DNA of 63,867 bases, counting the filler, from Reticulomyxa filosa (taxonomy: Eukaryota > Protista > Foraminifera): NCBI GenBank assembly GCA_000512085.1. It is 13 parts of 13 records of this genome, joined end to end, with 100 filler letters (N's around TTAATTAATTAA, not from the genome) between each part and the next. Parts side by side here need not be neighbours in the genome. Positions count along the whole stretch, not along the records: positions 19,981 to 27,050 come from ASPP01017200.1; positions 27,151 to 31,080 come from ASPP01022334.1; positions 31,181 to 32,465 come from ASPP01010990.1; positions 32,566 to 33,795 come from ASPP01022135.1; positions 33,896 to 42,363 come from ASPP01006452.1; 8 more parts are not named here. One strand, written 5' to 3'. Both the position numbers and the translations under genes were made by a program. This document shows positions 25,300 to 38,827 of this stretch, in pieces. Positions within the stretch are counted from its first letter, which is position 1, and the number at the start of each line of letters is the position of its first letter. The notes beneath the pieces were generated by a model. It saw nothing but the letters and a program-made list of their open reading frames with translations. It made no database searches and was not told the DNA's origin.

Positions 25300-26850
25300 C
25301 TTAAATAATGTGTCCCTCCCAAAAAAATAAAAAAAAAAGATCTCAACTCCTTCAGTCAATTCTTTAACACAATAATGCTGCCCATATCAGCACTTCTGTG
25401 AGTGCACATTTTCACTATTGAGTCAACATCATCACAGTTTACATTCAAAGTGTCCTTTTTTTTCATTTAGTCATCAAATAAGATTATCTTCTCAATATAT
25501 TCTACATTAACATTTTTCTTCTCTTCTTTTCAAAACAAAATAAAAACTTTTCGGTATTTGTACCTTTATCTTCCAAATCTTCCATCGCCACCATTTGCAA
25601 TAAAATCAAGTAGCTCCAATCCTACAGTCGGCATATCTAACATGTTGGTTTGTCCAATAAGGATATATACATGTACATAAAAATTTTAATAGGAATGCTT
25701 AAAGCTGACAAAATGTTGATATGAAAAGAAAAAAGCTAAAACTGACCCGTGGTTTTGTCTTTAAGCAAAATACAATCGCCAACTTCGAAAAATACTCCTT
25801 CATTGTAACTGCCATTCTCCAGCCGTTTGACAATTGTCTCTCTTGTAATAAACAAGCCATGGCCCTCGTTGGTGGTAGAGTAATTGTTGCCATTGATGGT
25901 GATATTGAATTCGTTCAATTCAATGCTAAACCTGTCGTCTTCCCCAAAATAGACTTTCCCAATATATTTGATCACACCTATAAAATGTAAACAGATTGTT
26001 TTTTTTAAGCTGTCAAAAATCGGTATGCAAATTAAAAAGTGGAAAAAAAAGGGATTACAATAAAACATAAGCATGTGCATATACACATTATGTATACATA
26101 ATATGCACGTATGTTTAAAAAAAAATCTTTTCTATTATTAATCAATTCAACTCGATCACCGACGACATAGCCACGAGTTGTTGAATAGTATGGGTCATCA
26201 CAGTGATCCCTTTTACGATCTTGCATTTGCCAGATTATTGACGGCTGATTTATGTTATTATTGTCTACAGGTGTGTCGTCAAAGTCAGCGAGTCGGCGAT
26301 TGTGAGTGGTAGAATAACCTTTTGCGATTTGGTCCAATACAACTTTGTTTACAAATTCATTTGAAAAGGTATGTAAAGAGGTCTGTTTGTGGTATCTCTT
26401 TATCACAAAGCCGTCTTCATTCTGTTCATTCAGCTGCACAACATTTTCAGAATTTGTTATCGTTGTCATCGACGCTTCTGTCAGTTTCAAGATACTTCTT
26501 TCTTGGGGTATGATACGTTCTTGACGCATACTCAACCGTCGCGTTAGTGTTTCCGCCACAACATGTCTCTCCTGGCTGTGAAGATAGATGTACGTGTCAA
26601 TCTGAATGTTGCCAATGTAGGAGAGGTCACAATAGGAAAGCGTATTTGTTTTGGCCGGATGACAGCATTTTTTTTTCGAATAGTGTTGTTGTTTTGTGTG
26701 TACTGGATTTACACTGGCTGTTTTCTTTCTTTTTCTGCAATTGCCACTTTGCAAAGGAGTGCATTGATGAAGGAACTCTCCATGTTGTCTACGTTTGTCT
26801 TGTTGGGCTGTTTGAAAAAAGAAGAGTTAAGACCACATTCGTGAAGCATA
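25300..26850 (-). pseudogene. Tandem CAP-Gly-domain gene, probably decayed
   Basis: VGDRVELINNRK/GVIKYIGKVYFGEDDRFSIELNE..GHGLFITRETI and EVGDCILLKDKTTG../IGQTNMLDMPTVGLELLDFIANGGDGRFGR*RY. In-frame stop, and no GT where the donor after NNRK should be. Confidence 0.65.
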
Positions 26851-27150
26851 AGAGAACTTTTTCTCTTCAACAGAAAAACTGTAACTAAAGAAAAAATAAT
26901 GAAGTCCAAAAAAACAATTTTAATTTTCAATTATCTGTAATTAATCCGTTTTTTGGAATCACAATTATAGAAATACAATACAAAAATTTTAAAAATTATT
27001 TTTTTAAAATTTTTTTATAAAAAATGTAAAAATATTCAAAAAAATTGCAANNNNNNNNNNNNNNNNNNNNNNNNNNNNNNNNNNNNNNNNNNNNTTAATT
27101 AATTAANNNNNNNNNNNNNNNNNNNNNNNNNNNNNNNNNNNNNNNNNNNN

Positions 27151-27174
27151 TTCCGGGTTTTTAAAAACCCGGAA
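27151..27174. repeat. Perfect 24-bp palindrome at contig start
   Basis: TTCCGGGTTTTTAAAAACCCGGAA is its own reverse complement. Confidence 0.9.
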
Positions 27175-28972
27175 TTCAAACCCTTTCGGTTCCAACACTT
27201 AATTTGTACTTCATGTTCGATATATTCTTTTCATACATTGTTATTGTCACTCGAATCGTTGCTTCAACAAAATAAAAACAAGCTTAAAATCTATTCTTCA
27301 CATCATCAAAATCTTCTGAACATTGCATTTTGATACTTACTAAATGTTTGCATCCAGTAATCACTCCTGGATCTTCATCATTACGTAGATTGCAACAATG
27401 CAAATTTTTTGTCTCTTTACTCACTTGAAGTGCATGTGTTCAACTATCTATAAAGATGAAACAAAGTAATATCGATATTTGATATTCAAGACATAACATA
27501 TATTGCAATGTTAAACTTGTCGTACTTTCATTTCTTTATCTTTATTCACAAATACAAGGAAACAATCAATAATGTACACTTTATTATTAATATTATGAAT
27601 AAACCTGTGTTTGTTGATATGATTTTCACTGATTTTTCGATAAGATCTATTGACCAAACAGAAAGAGTTCCATAATTGTATTGAAAATTCTAAAATTGAT
27701 GAAAAAAGGAATTCTTGCTAATTGAGTAGATCTTTTCAATACTGAAAAAATATGTCGTTTATATTTCAATGTTGTATTTGTGATCATAATGTTGTTTGAG
27801 TCTGTGTTGTAAAAAGGAGATTGACTAAATCCATCCACTAAACATGCATATTTCAATTTCCAACTAAATATTTTTTTTATCAGTTCATCAATTTTTTAAT
27901 TATTGGATCAATTCTTAAATCAAACAATTTGCAAGAAAGTAATAAATCTGCACCATCGTATGAGTGTCTATAATTTTTAAAAAGTAATGATAAAATAAAA
28001 TAAATAAAGACTAACCATATTCTCCAAGACATTTGAAATTAGAAACTAATTCTTCCAAATTGTCGGAGATGTTATCTTGCATAAATTGACCAATTCATAT
28101 GAAACTTCAATTCGATTGATCCATATTATCTTTTTATTAAAGAATCGTTGTTTACTGTCTTCAATATTTTCCGACAATTTTGAATAATATGTTGGATGGC
28201 ATCTCTGTCTGGATCTTGATATTTTTTTTTAAACAGAATAATTTTGTAGAGAAAAGAAAAAATATTTAAATTTGTTAGGGTAAATTAAAATGAAATGACG
28301 AAACTTAGTCCATGCCTCATTTCCAAAAGCAATGACTTGACGATTTTTGTATAGTAACAATGTTGTCTTTGTTTTATTGCAAACATCTTTCTTATCACTT
28401 GTCTGCTCTTTTCACAGTAATTCTCATAGTCCCAAAATCATTTGCAATAATGCAATCAAAATGTTTGTATTTCTCCATGACACACTTGATCTTTTATTTG
28501 ATACAAAAATTGAAGCGCTTTTTTTCCTTGAGATGAGCTTTGACGATGCAAAGATGATGAAAAAGATGCTTTTTAGCCTTTTTTTTAAGACGACGAAGAT
28601 CAAATTTGAATACCTTTCATTCATCTTGCAAGAAAAAAATGAACTCATTTATCTTTTTTTATTTCATTTTCTTTATAGAAAATAACAATGCATTAATGAT
28701 ATTAATGATTATTATGATGGAATCAATAGTGATCATAAATGAAATTGTAATCATTCAATTTTGAGAAAGTGCAAAAATTTGAGTAAATGATTATTTTTAA
28801 AAAATTTGTTAATATTCTTCTCAATTAGAGACAATTTTAAAATAAAATAACTTCTTTTTTTTAATACACTTTACATTTTGAGTTTAACCTAATCTTTAGA
28901 TAGGATATCCAAAATCAAAAGTTTACCAAATGAAAAAAAATTTTTTTTTTTTTCGTTTAAAAATATAAAAAA

Positions 28973-29983
28973 TTAATTTTTATTAAAATTCAGTGAAAAA
29001 GATTTTGATTGAGTAGGAATAGAAATGACGTCATGAATGACAGGTAAAAAATGAGAAGAGCAAGAAGAAGAAGAAGAAGAAGAAGGTAATAATGAGATAT
29101 CATGCAATGAAGAATTTGGAAAATGTAAAAAATCAAAATAAAATCCTTCCTTTTTCCATATCCAAAGTTCCATTCGAATCCATTTCAGAAGTTCAAAATA
29201 AGAATCATGACTAGAAGGATGAGAATGAGTTAGATGATCAATCACAAATGAATGATTCACAAATATTGAAATATCTGTATTTGTTATAATTAGTCATATT
29301 TTACATTACATTATATTATATATGCATATATATGATATTAACTTTTTATATTTAAATTTTGAATATCTGAAATTAGAGATAAAGATAACCAAACCGACCA
29401 AAGTGAAACAATGGATAATGGAAATTGAGGAGATAATAAATGACATTTACTAAAGAATTGTTCATTCCAAAAAAAGTAAGAAGTGACATGCCAATATGAG
29501 GAAGAAGGAGAATATAATACTTGAGGAGAAATGCGTGTAAAACAGCATAAATAAGAAGAAGAAGAAGAAGATAATGAAATATTATTAGTATGAATAGAAG
29601 GCAAAAGCAGTAATTGATGATCTAGAATTGTATTTGTGTTAATACATAATTTTGCTGCAATATTTGCCAAAGAATCAGCTATTTCATTACCATAAATTCC
29701 AATATGTCCTTTCACCCAATGAAATGTAATATCAAATGATTGTTTTCGTACAAAATCCATAAATTGTTTTTTTAATGAAATTACTAATCCGCTTTCAACA
29801 GGTACAGGGCCAATGCCACTGAAACAAGACAATGCAAAGATACTATCGGAAAGAATGCGAATTTTATTTGATAATAATTTGGATTTATTTCTTCCTACTT
29901 CTTGTATCACATACCAAATTGCAAATAACTCTGCTTCATTGCTTGTTGCATAACCTACTATCTGTTTACCTTTGATAATATTG

Positions 29984-30018
<35 letters not shown>

Positions 30019-30340
30019 TTTACTTTTTTTATCGTCGTCATCATCATCATCATCTACGTCTCCTTTTCCTATTCTTATCACATATCCTATACCACTTGCT
30101 CCTGGGTTACCCATACTTGATCCATCCACAAAACATATTGTATCATTCTCTCCGAAATATTTCCACATTTTACCATATTCAATCAATCTTTGTCTTTTTT
30201 TCATTATTATTGGTTCCTTGCCGCCCGACATTTCGCTGTGTTTTCTTTTCATCGTCATCACCTTCTTTGTTTGCGTACAATTGGTAATTTCTTCTCTTTC
30301 TTTTGCTCGTTCTATGTCTTCTTTGCTTTGTCGTTCCTAT
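28973..30340 (-). CDS. Stand-alone RNase H1-fold protein with poly-D/poly-N insert; further exons likely on both sides
   Basis: Intact catalytic motifs FVDGSSMGNPGASGIG, SNEAELFAI, IRILSDSIFAL, FHWVKGHIGIYGNEIADSLA in ORF 29338-30261. Frame open upstream to ~30340; ORF 28973-29260 is a probable 3' exon. Confidence 0.8.
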
Positions 30341-30807
30341 ATGTACATTTTATATATATCTTATGTACTTGTACTATGCGTATTTTTTTCCCCTGCTTCA
30401 ATCTGTCTTCTAGTTTTTTTCCTTTCACATATATACACACACACTTATTCACCTTCAACCACAAGATCTCCACTCCAGGGTCATTATCGCTGCTTTTCAC
30501 ATCCATTGAGCCACCAAGGTTTAGTCAGATTATGTCCAAAGATAACAAGAGTTTTTTAAGTGATCTTATTGAAAAGGATTACGTTACTCGTTCACTTTTT
30601 TTCCATGGTTCTTATTTGCTGCAATGAAATTAAGAATAAATTAAAGCTCGTTTTCAATGAACATTTTACTTGGTGCAAATGTTTGTTCTTTTCGTTTGTG
30701 TTAAATTCTCGCAAATGTTCAGAGCGTGTTACGTTTTGAGGGTTCAGCGGTGGGTGCCAACTAATTTCAATTTTTTTTTTTAAACATATCAACAAAACAT
30801 TAAGAGA

Positions 30808-31012
30808 ATGAGCTTTTTCCTGCGCGCATCGCAAACATCACATAATTGTGGTGGTCTTAAACCTCTTAAGACAGCAGTAGTGCAATCAAAAAGATTCATT
30901 GCTCAAGACACAAGTCTGCGTAAGATTTACCGTGTGGATCGCTGGCGTGTCAGCCCATCCCCAATGGCTGAGCCATATAATCCGGATATCAATGGCATCT
31001 CACGAACACACG
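30808..31012 (+). CDS. Probable first exon of a hypothetical protein with a basic, targeting-peptide-like N terminus
   Basis: ATG start and Arg/Ser-rich acid-free N terminus, followed by a poly-T intron-like tract and contig end. Confidence 0.35.
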
Positions 31013-31180
31013 TGCGTTTGTTTTTTTTTAACAACAAAATTTTTTAGTTCCCTTTATCTCTTTTTTTTAAACCAACCACCNNNNNNNNNNNNNNNNNNNN
31101 NNNNNNNNNNNNNNNNNNNNNNNNTTAATTAATTAANNNNNNNNNNNNNNNNNNNNNNNNNNNNNNNNNNNNNNNNNNNN

Positions 31181-31650
31181 TTTTTTTTTTTTTTGATTAC
31201 TCGTAACTTGTCTTTTTGGCGTTTTTCCACATTTAGTGTTGCTCCAAATGTTGTTGGCTGGCTTTGCAATGCGTCTTCAACATTTACCATACTAGGGGTC
31301 GCTGTAATGTTGAACGACTTTGCTGTTTTACTAAATCGGCTTCCAAACTCAATCTTTTTCTTCCTTTCCGTTTTCTTTTTTTCTCGAAGCTTCTGTGCCC
31401 GGTCATGATCTTCCTTTGCTGCCATTATTTCTTCTTCGGTTATATCTGCTGATTCAACACACCCCATCTTTAGTCGATTGGAAGATATTGAACAATTCAA
31501 TTGGCTAGAATTGGGTACTTTTCTTAAATTAATTAAATACAACTGCACTTTTTCACTTTGTGTGGAAGAAGCCATAGCATCAAGACTACAGACACTATTT
31601 GCTGCATTACATATTTTTGAACATATTCTCTTAGCTATATTATTGTGCAA
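31181..31650 (-). CDS. Hypothetical protein exon, partial
   Basis: Open frame with a charged helix (EEEIMAAKEDHDRAQKLREKKK); no family recognised. Confidence 0.45.
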
Positions 31651-32429
31651 TGCCTAAGGAAATAATACTACGATTTTGAAATCTTTAGTTTTTTTATTTA
31701 AAGATCTAAAAAAAAATTACAAGTTTTTGACATCTCTTGTTATCATAGAAAACACTTAAATGAATAAGCTTATCACATACTTTGTTCAATAACAAAAATT
31801 GATAAAAATATGTTTTATATTTGATCACTACACAGGCAGATTGTTTTGGAGTCGTGTGCGGACACGATGATGTAAATAACAATAATATTTCAGAACGTAC
31901 TCTAACTATTGCCAATAGTGCAAGAAATGAATATCTTTTGATAGTAGGATCAGCACTTGATACTTTTATACACACTTTACCATACTAACAAAAGCATCAT
32001 ACAAAATCATGATTTTTTAATTTTTTTTTATTTTATTTTGTTGTTTGGATTTTGGTTAGTGCGCAATAAAAATGTTTATTGTATGTATCGTAAATTATAT
32101 TTGTATTTGCATGATATAATTGATAATGTTATTTGTTTCTTTTTTTACATGAAAATATTGTAGTCAATTTTTTTTAATGAATAATTATTGATTTGCTTGA
32201 TACTGTTTATGATATTTTTAAAAGTATTTATTTAATATAAAATTTCTTTCAATTTTATTAGTTTTTATTTTATTGAAATTAGCCAGTCAAATTTTAACAT
32301 TGAGTATTAATATATTGTTGTAATTTTTTATTAAAATATTGACAAAGTTCTGAATCAGAGTGACATCTTATGAAGATGATCGATTTTCTACTTCAGAAAT
32401 CATTATTTTTTACAAATTTTAAAAATATA

Positions 32430-32465
32430 CAGTAGGTTGCAAAGAAAACTGAACGCCTAAAACAT
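32430..32465 (+). mobile_element. Tc1/mariner-like TIR at contig end, preceded by TA (32428-32429)
   Basis: CAGTAGGTTGCAAAGAAAACTGAACGCCTAAAACAT, exact reverse complement of positions 4-39. Confidence 0.75.
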
Positions 32466-32565
32466 NNNNNNNNNNNNNNNNNNNNNNNNNNNNNNNNNNN
32501 NNNNNNNNNTTAATTAATTAANNNNNNNNNNNNNNNNNNNNNNNNNNNNNNNNNNNNNNNNNNNN

Positions 32566-33442
32566 AAGTCATGTGTTTTGTGTGAAATTTTCATCATATC
32601 ATTATCATAATCATCGTCAAAATGTCATTTGTTCTTCATCAGATGACAAAACCATTCGTTTTTGGGATTTCAGACATAATAAACAATTACAAATATTCAA
32701 TGGACACGATCATGGTGTTTGTGGTATTGAATTTTCATCATTTAATGGTGGTAGATATTTGTGTTCTGGATCTAGTGACAAAATAATTTGTTTATGGGAT
32801 GTTGAAACATCAAAATCATTACATGTTTTCAATGGACATGAACGTGGTGTTTTGTGTATTGATATTTCACCATTACAAAGCAATAACAAAAATGATAATA
32901 ATAAAGTGAATAAAATGAATAATATTGGTGTGATTGGTGGAAATGGATATACAATTTGTTCTGGATCATCGGATAGAACCATTCGAATATGGGATATTGA
33001 AACAACCAAACAATTCAATGTATTCAAAGGACATGAAAATTGGATTATGAGTGTAAAATATGGATCAGATGAATTATTGAATACAATATTATCTGGATCA
33101 GATGATAAAAGTGTTCGTTTGTGGGATATTCGATCTAATCAACAAATTCAATTGTTCAATGGACATCAAAGTTATGTGCGGTCCGTTGAATATTCACCAT
33201 TTGTAATAAAGAATAGTATTGGTAATTCAAATGTGATATGTTCTGGATCAAATGATAACACAATTCGTTTTTGGGATATTCGATCAAATAAGAATGAATT
33301 GTATATGATCAAAGGAAATGATAAAGAAGATGGTGGAATAGTTTGTCTTAAATTTATTGGATTGAAAAAGAAAGAGAAGACAAAGAATGATTTGAATTTG
33401 TGTTATGGTTCACGCAGAGGTCCCATTCGCATTTGGGGATAA
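32566..33442 (+). CDS. WD40-repeat protein, 5' partial, close paralogue of 17448-18716
   Basis: Same repeat order and inserts (NVICSSSDDKTIRFWD, SPLQSN..IGGNGYTICSGS), ending IRIWG*. Confidence 0.92.
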
Positions 33443-33895
33443 TGTGCTGTTTTGTCGAATAAGAAATAAAAATTTTTTTTTTGAGACGTTTGATTGAAGA
33501 AAAGTAAGGTGATATCAAATTTGTTTGACTTGATTGAATGCAAGCATTGAAAGATGCGTTTTATCTTACTTTGTTTTTTAAAAAATTTAAAAAGGTGCGT
33601 TCATTTTTTTTTGAAGAATTCAAAGCATAATAAATAAAAATTAGTCAAAATATGAAACAAATTGCAAAATATTTTAAGTTTTTTTTTATAGTATTGAACA
33701 CGATTGTCTTTGTAATGATTTATGACATAAATTCTTTCTATTTTGAATTGAAATATCATTTAAAAACTTAAAATATTATTAAATTTTTTGAAAGANNNNN
33801 NNNNNNNNNNNNNNNNNNNNNNNNNNNNNNNNNNNNNNNTTAATTAATTAANNNNNNNNNNNNNNNNNNNNNNNNNNNNNNNNNNNNNNNNNNNN

Positions 33896-34183
33896 AACAA
33901 CAACACCCACCGAGTGTGGATGCCATGCAGCTGGATCATTGCACAGGTCAATCTCCAAGAGAGGTAATGCGAAAGACTCATTGAACATATGTGCTTGTAA
34001 ATGCTCATTTCAACAACACCCAACACGAGACAATGTGTGTATATGTGCATATGTGTATATTTGTAGTTAAATGAGCAAATGAAAAGGCCAAAGTCAGCAA
34101 AAAAGAACAAGAACACGAACAAGGATAAAAATAAGGACAAGAATAAGAATAAAAATAAAAATAAGAATAACAATAACAATAAC

Positions 34184-34221
<38 letters not shown>

Positions 34222-35510
34222 AAGCAAGAATGAGACGATTAGCAGTGACAAAAGTAATAACAACGACGATATTATCAAACATTCCTTGGCCAATGAGAAT
34301 AGTCTATCTTCTCATAGTCATGTCCTTCATTCGAGCTGGAAGACAAACCAATGAAGGATGTTGAACACGACAACACAAAAGAAAACGTGAACAAGCCATC
34401 GCACATGCAGCATGCAAATGTTCATGCTCATGGCAGTACGAACGCAAACAAAAGTGGGGATGCATATGCAAAGCAAAACGAGAAGACACCGTTTCAAAGC
34501 AGAGATGTGCAAACCGGACAAGGGCTGGTATTGACGAAACTGGAGGACTTGGTCGAATTAAGCGTGAAATCACTCACCAAAAAATCCATTTTTTTTTCGG
34601 AAGGCACGCCCAATGAAACATTGAAGCAACGCACCGACTTGTGGCGCGCACAGCAACCGCGTTCGACGACAAACGTCACAGCGACTCCGCCGTCGTCCAA
34701 CACACAAACCAAGCTTTCAACGAGAAAACGGACATTGACGAACACACGAAAAGAAGAAAAAGAAAAAGAAAAAGAAAAAGAAAAGAAGAAGAAGAAGAAG
34801 AGTCAAGTCCTATCCAAACCTATCCTCCACACAAACGAACAAAGAAAATGATCCATCATGAAAATCATTTGAGTAATTTCAATAAGTCGACATTGCTCAT
34901 TCCAAAAATGGAAAGCACTGAACGCATCAGGATTCCCCATGGCCCACAGCTCAAGCCAATGCGTACTGACGCCGTCGCTCGGAAAGTCACTGTCGTCAAT
35001 CGCCCTGTCACTCCTGCACATACTTCTCGTTATATTCCCACCGACAATCAACATCAGAATTTTCAGCTGTGCATTCGTCATCTGCCTATCCAAGTTGTTT
35101 TTTTATTTAGTCAAATATATATATATATATATATATATATGCATATATGTATTGTTTTGACTTACAAAGATGACGAAAGAAGAATTAAAAAATTTCCTGA
35201 CTCAATATGGTAGTATCAAAGAAGTGAGCATTCGCAAACAAAACGCAACAAGCACGAAACCATCAACAGCATTTGGGGTCGTTACATGTTTCCAAAAAAA
35301 TGTTTGCGATGCGATCATTACGTCTCTCCATCGTTACAAAATTATCTTTTTTTTTTTTGATCGTGCAAATGGAAATAGTTTGCGTTGGAATTTCTCTTGT
35401 GTTCAAAAAGGCAAAACAGTAACTATGAAACTAAATAAGAAAATGGAAAGTGTAAGATTCGATGTTACGATGTTTGATCCCACAAATGAGGTACCCAACA
35501 AGGTAATACA
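33896..35510 (+). CDS. Low-complexity (Asn/Lys-rich) protein with an RRM, multi-exon, 5' partial, frameshifted in the assembly
   Basis: Intron 35094-35169 joins FQLCIRHLPIQ to MTKEELKNFLTQYGSIKEVSI..AFGVVTC (RNP2 and RNP1-like). Upstream ORFs 34079, 34351, 34641 change frame at simple repeats. Confidence 0.65.
34100..34220 (+). repeat. Coding microsatellite (AAT/AAC, AAGAAT): NK repeats and poly-Asn
   Basis: Directly visible tri- and hexanucleotide runs. Confidence 0.9.
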
Positions 35511-37046
35511 ACTGTGCGCATATATGTACATGTAATACATTTATCATTTATGTCTTTTGTTTTTTTTTTATCGTAGTACACGACTAATATGCGTCTGCTC
35601 TTTTTCTGGTTGGTTTGTTTTGTGTACAACTAAGGGGGGGAAAAAAAAGGGCCAACGAAAGCCGAAAAATCAAGATTTGGAAAACATATCATAAGATCGA
35701 CTTTATCTTTTATCATTTGATTGATTGTAATAGTAAAACGACAATACAAAAATCTTCACAATTTTAGAAAGGACAGCTTTCACTATCTGGCGCATGTTGA
35801 AAAGAAGTCTACTTTGTCCAAAAAAAAAACATACACAATAAATGCTAAACAAAGTGAAAATAACATAGTCCAAATGTCGTAAAAAAGTTCATACAAAAAG
35901 GATGCTAACATTCATCCTGCTTTTGTTGACTTTTTTCACAATTATTCACTCCAAAGAAGATAAACAATCATATTTGTGATGTCCTTCACTTTTTTGTCAT
36001 AAAAAAAAAAAAAAAGTTTTCCAAGAAGGACGAATGATTTATTATTGTGTGCCCTACAGTGTAATTCTCACTTCTTTGTGCAAATTTTGAAATTGTTGAC
36101 ACCTTTTGTGTTGTGAACATTTTGTGGTTGTTTGTTTTTTCTCTCTCCTGCCATCGGTTTTTTTTTTTTTTGAGAGGTTTTTCATTCACAAAGAACAAAA
36201 ATTGTTTCAGTTTCAAAATGTCGTAGTTCAAACTTATCTGTTTTGTCCTTTGAACAGTAAAGATCTATTTAAACTTGTTTTAAACATCATATTGTCGGCC
36301 ATACTATAATACATTATTGTGAGCTGTATAATCGACAAAAAAAACTCCAATAAAATAAATCCTTATCCGTCAACACTCATCAAAAAGAGAAAAAAATGAT
36401 AAACACTGTTTTCCTTTTGAAAAGTTATCACAACTTCATATTTTTTTGTTTTTTCGAATTTGTACCATTTTATAAAAAAACCTTTTCGTTTAGAAAATGA
36501 AAATACTCATTTTGATGCGATTTTTTTTGAGATCGATGTAGGACACAAGGACCACCGAAAAGAAAAAGCAAACACTTTAAAAACGCTAAAGCAGAATTTT
36601 GTAGCTGCAACAATGGTAATAGAAACAAAGCATAGTTTTGCAGAATGGAGTCGATTTTTATAATTGGTAAAGGATGTCATCAAAATTCCTTTTTTGTTTG
36701 CATTTGTTTCGTTAGTTTCATTTTTTTTCACAAATATTTTTTAGATTTTAAATTGTCTTTCGTTATGAGACAATCACATTTGTACTTTCAATTGGAATTT
36801 GAATCTCTTAGCTTCGGTGGTAATATTTTCATGATAGCTACATCATTTCTTTCCTCAAATTCGAGCGACGACTTCACTTCGAGGACTTTCACGTTTTAAA
36901 TTTGAATTTGCGTCTCTTTTGTAGACACATTGATTTCATATATGAGCAGTCTTTGAACTTTTTTCCGTAAGAAGGACCAAGAGGATTCTAAAAAAAAATC
37001 TGGGTATATTTTATCATTGTTTTGTTTGTTTTCGTGGGCGGTAGGA

Positions 37047-38786
37047 ATGGTTAGTTGTGAGAAGGAAATCAGGGCTTTGCTAAATGTCAAAGTCATTTTT
37101 GTGTGAACGACTGAACATAACGTAAACTTAGAGTACGAACAAAGTGGAGTGGCGTGACTCCTGGCCAGATGACGAAGTATTCGAGCAATGGAATAGTAGC
37201 GGAGTTTGTCAGTGGCTGCGGTTGTTAAATGCAAAACTGTTCCAGAAGTATGAAACAATAATACGGAGAGAAAACATAACAGGCAAGGAGTTTAAACAAA
37301 TAGCAAATGCAGACTATTTATTAAAGATTGGGATAGAAAAGGACCATGCGGCAGCCATTGCAACAGCAGCAAAGCAAAGAATGGAAGTATGATGAATCCA
37401 GTCTCTCTCTTTGTAAATTATCATCACAACAACAAAGCACTTGTTTGTTTGTTTTGCTTTCTCCTTTGTCTCTATCTCTGTCTCTGTTGGCTCCCTGTGA
37501 CAGAGATTCGAAGCATCAAAAAAGAAATCCAACCCAAAACCTGTGTCAAAGGACGTGTTGTGGGACATAGACGGCTCAGTTGACGGAGTTTGTGTGCGAA
37601 TGTATACGCAACAGCAAACACATTTTAATTTGTTTGTTTGCACACACACACACAGTTTGACCTACAAGCACAATGGACCAATTCAATCGAAATTGACGAC
37701 GAGAAGACGACAGACCATGACAACAACAACAACAACGACAATGACAACGACAATGACAGCGATAATAACAATAACAATAACAATAACAATGACAATGACA
37801 CTGATAATGACAGCAATGAGTCAAACGACGAACTGTGGGATCATTCGGCTGACCGAAAGCATTCAAAGGCGTATTCGGAGGTGGAGTTGTTGAACGCGTA
37901 TAGTGAAACGCCGGGCGGAGATGTTCCCAATCTCATTGTTGCTGACAATAAACAAAAAGTAGTTGCGAAAGCAGATTATGTAGATGTAAATGCAAAAGCA
38001 AAAGAAAAAGCGAAAACAAGTGTAAGTGAAAGTGAAAGTGCAAAAAAAAAATGTAAATGCAAAAAAAAATGTAAATGCAAATACAAATGTAAATGTAAGT
38101 GCAAATGCAAATGCAAATGCAAAACCCAACAACGTGACGTCGATAGTGAAACGTGAAGACAAGCCATGGATAAAGTCTTACAAAGACGACTTTGGCAAAG
38201 AGCAGTTGCGGGACTTGAACATGCATGTCGACATCAACAACATCCCCAATCTGCCTGAGGAGCGTCTTCCAAAGCACGGCAATAGAAATCAGGATCGACA
38301 AGAAGACAAAGAGAGTGAAGACGAACAAAAAACAGGAAATAGAAGAAGAATCACAATATATGGAGTCAGATGACCCATTGCCTCATAAAGCGCATCCTGC
38401 TCCTTCAATGCACAATATGTCGAACCAATTTCGGAAAAGTATGACGTGTGTGTTTTTATATTCTGCAGAATAATAACAATCACAATAAAATAGGAGGACC
38501 GAATACGATAATGTATCCTCCAAAGAATGGCCCTCGGGCATTGGCATTGCGATTTGGAATTGACGAAAAGTATTTGCCGGACAAGGATATAATGGACAAG
38601 TTGACGGACGATGTGATCGCGTCGTGTCGACAAAAGTACGGCTCGCAACTGGCAAAGTTGGCACAGCAGGGATTCGACGACGAGCTCCGCAATATTCGCA
38701 GTTTGCAACGACACAAAGGGAGCATGGACAGAGTAAGAGAGGAGTTCCGCGACAATAAGGATAATCATGACGACGATGATGACGAC

Positions 38787-38827
<41 letters not shown>

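Noticed and set aside
27200-28690. Possible pseudogene fragments on the minus strand
   Set aside because: Too degraded to assign boundaries or family by eye.
37985-38125. Cys-Lys repeat (KCKCKYKCKC) as a metal-binding domain
   Set aside because: A TGYAAA hexamer microsatellite; frame and exon status cannot be fixed and it may be intronic.
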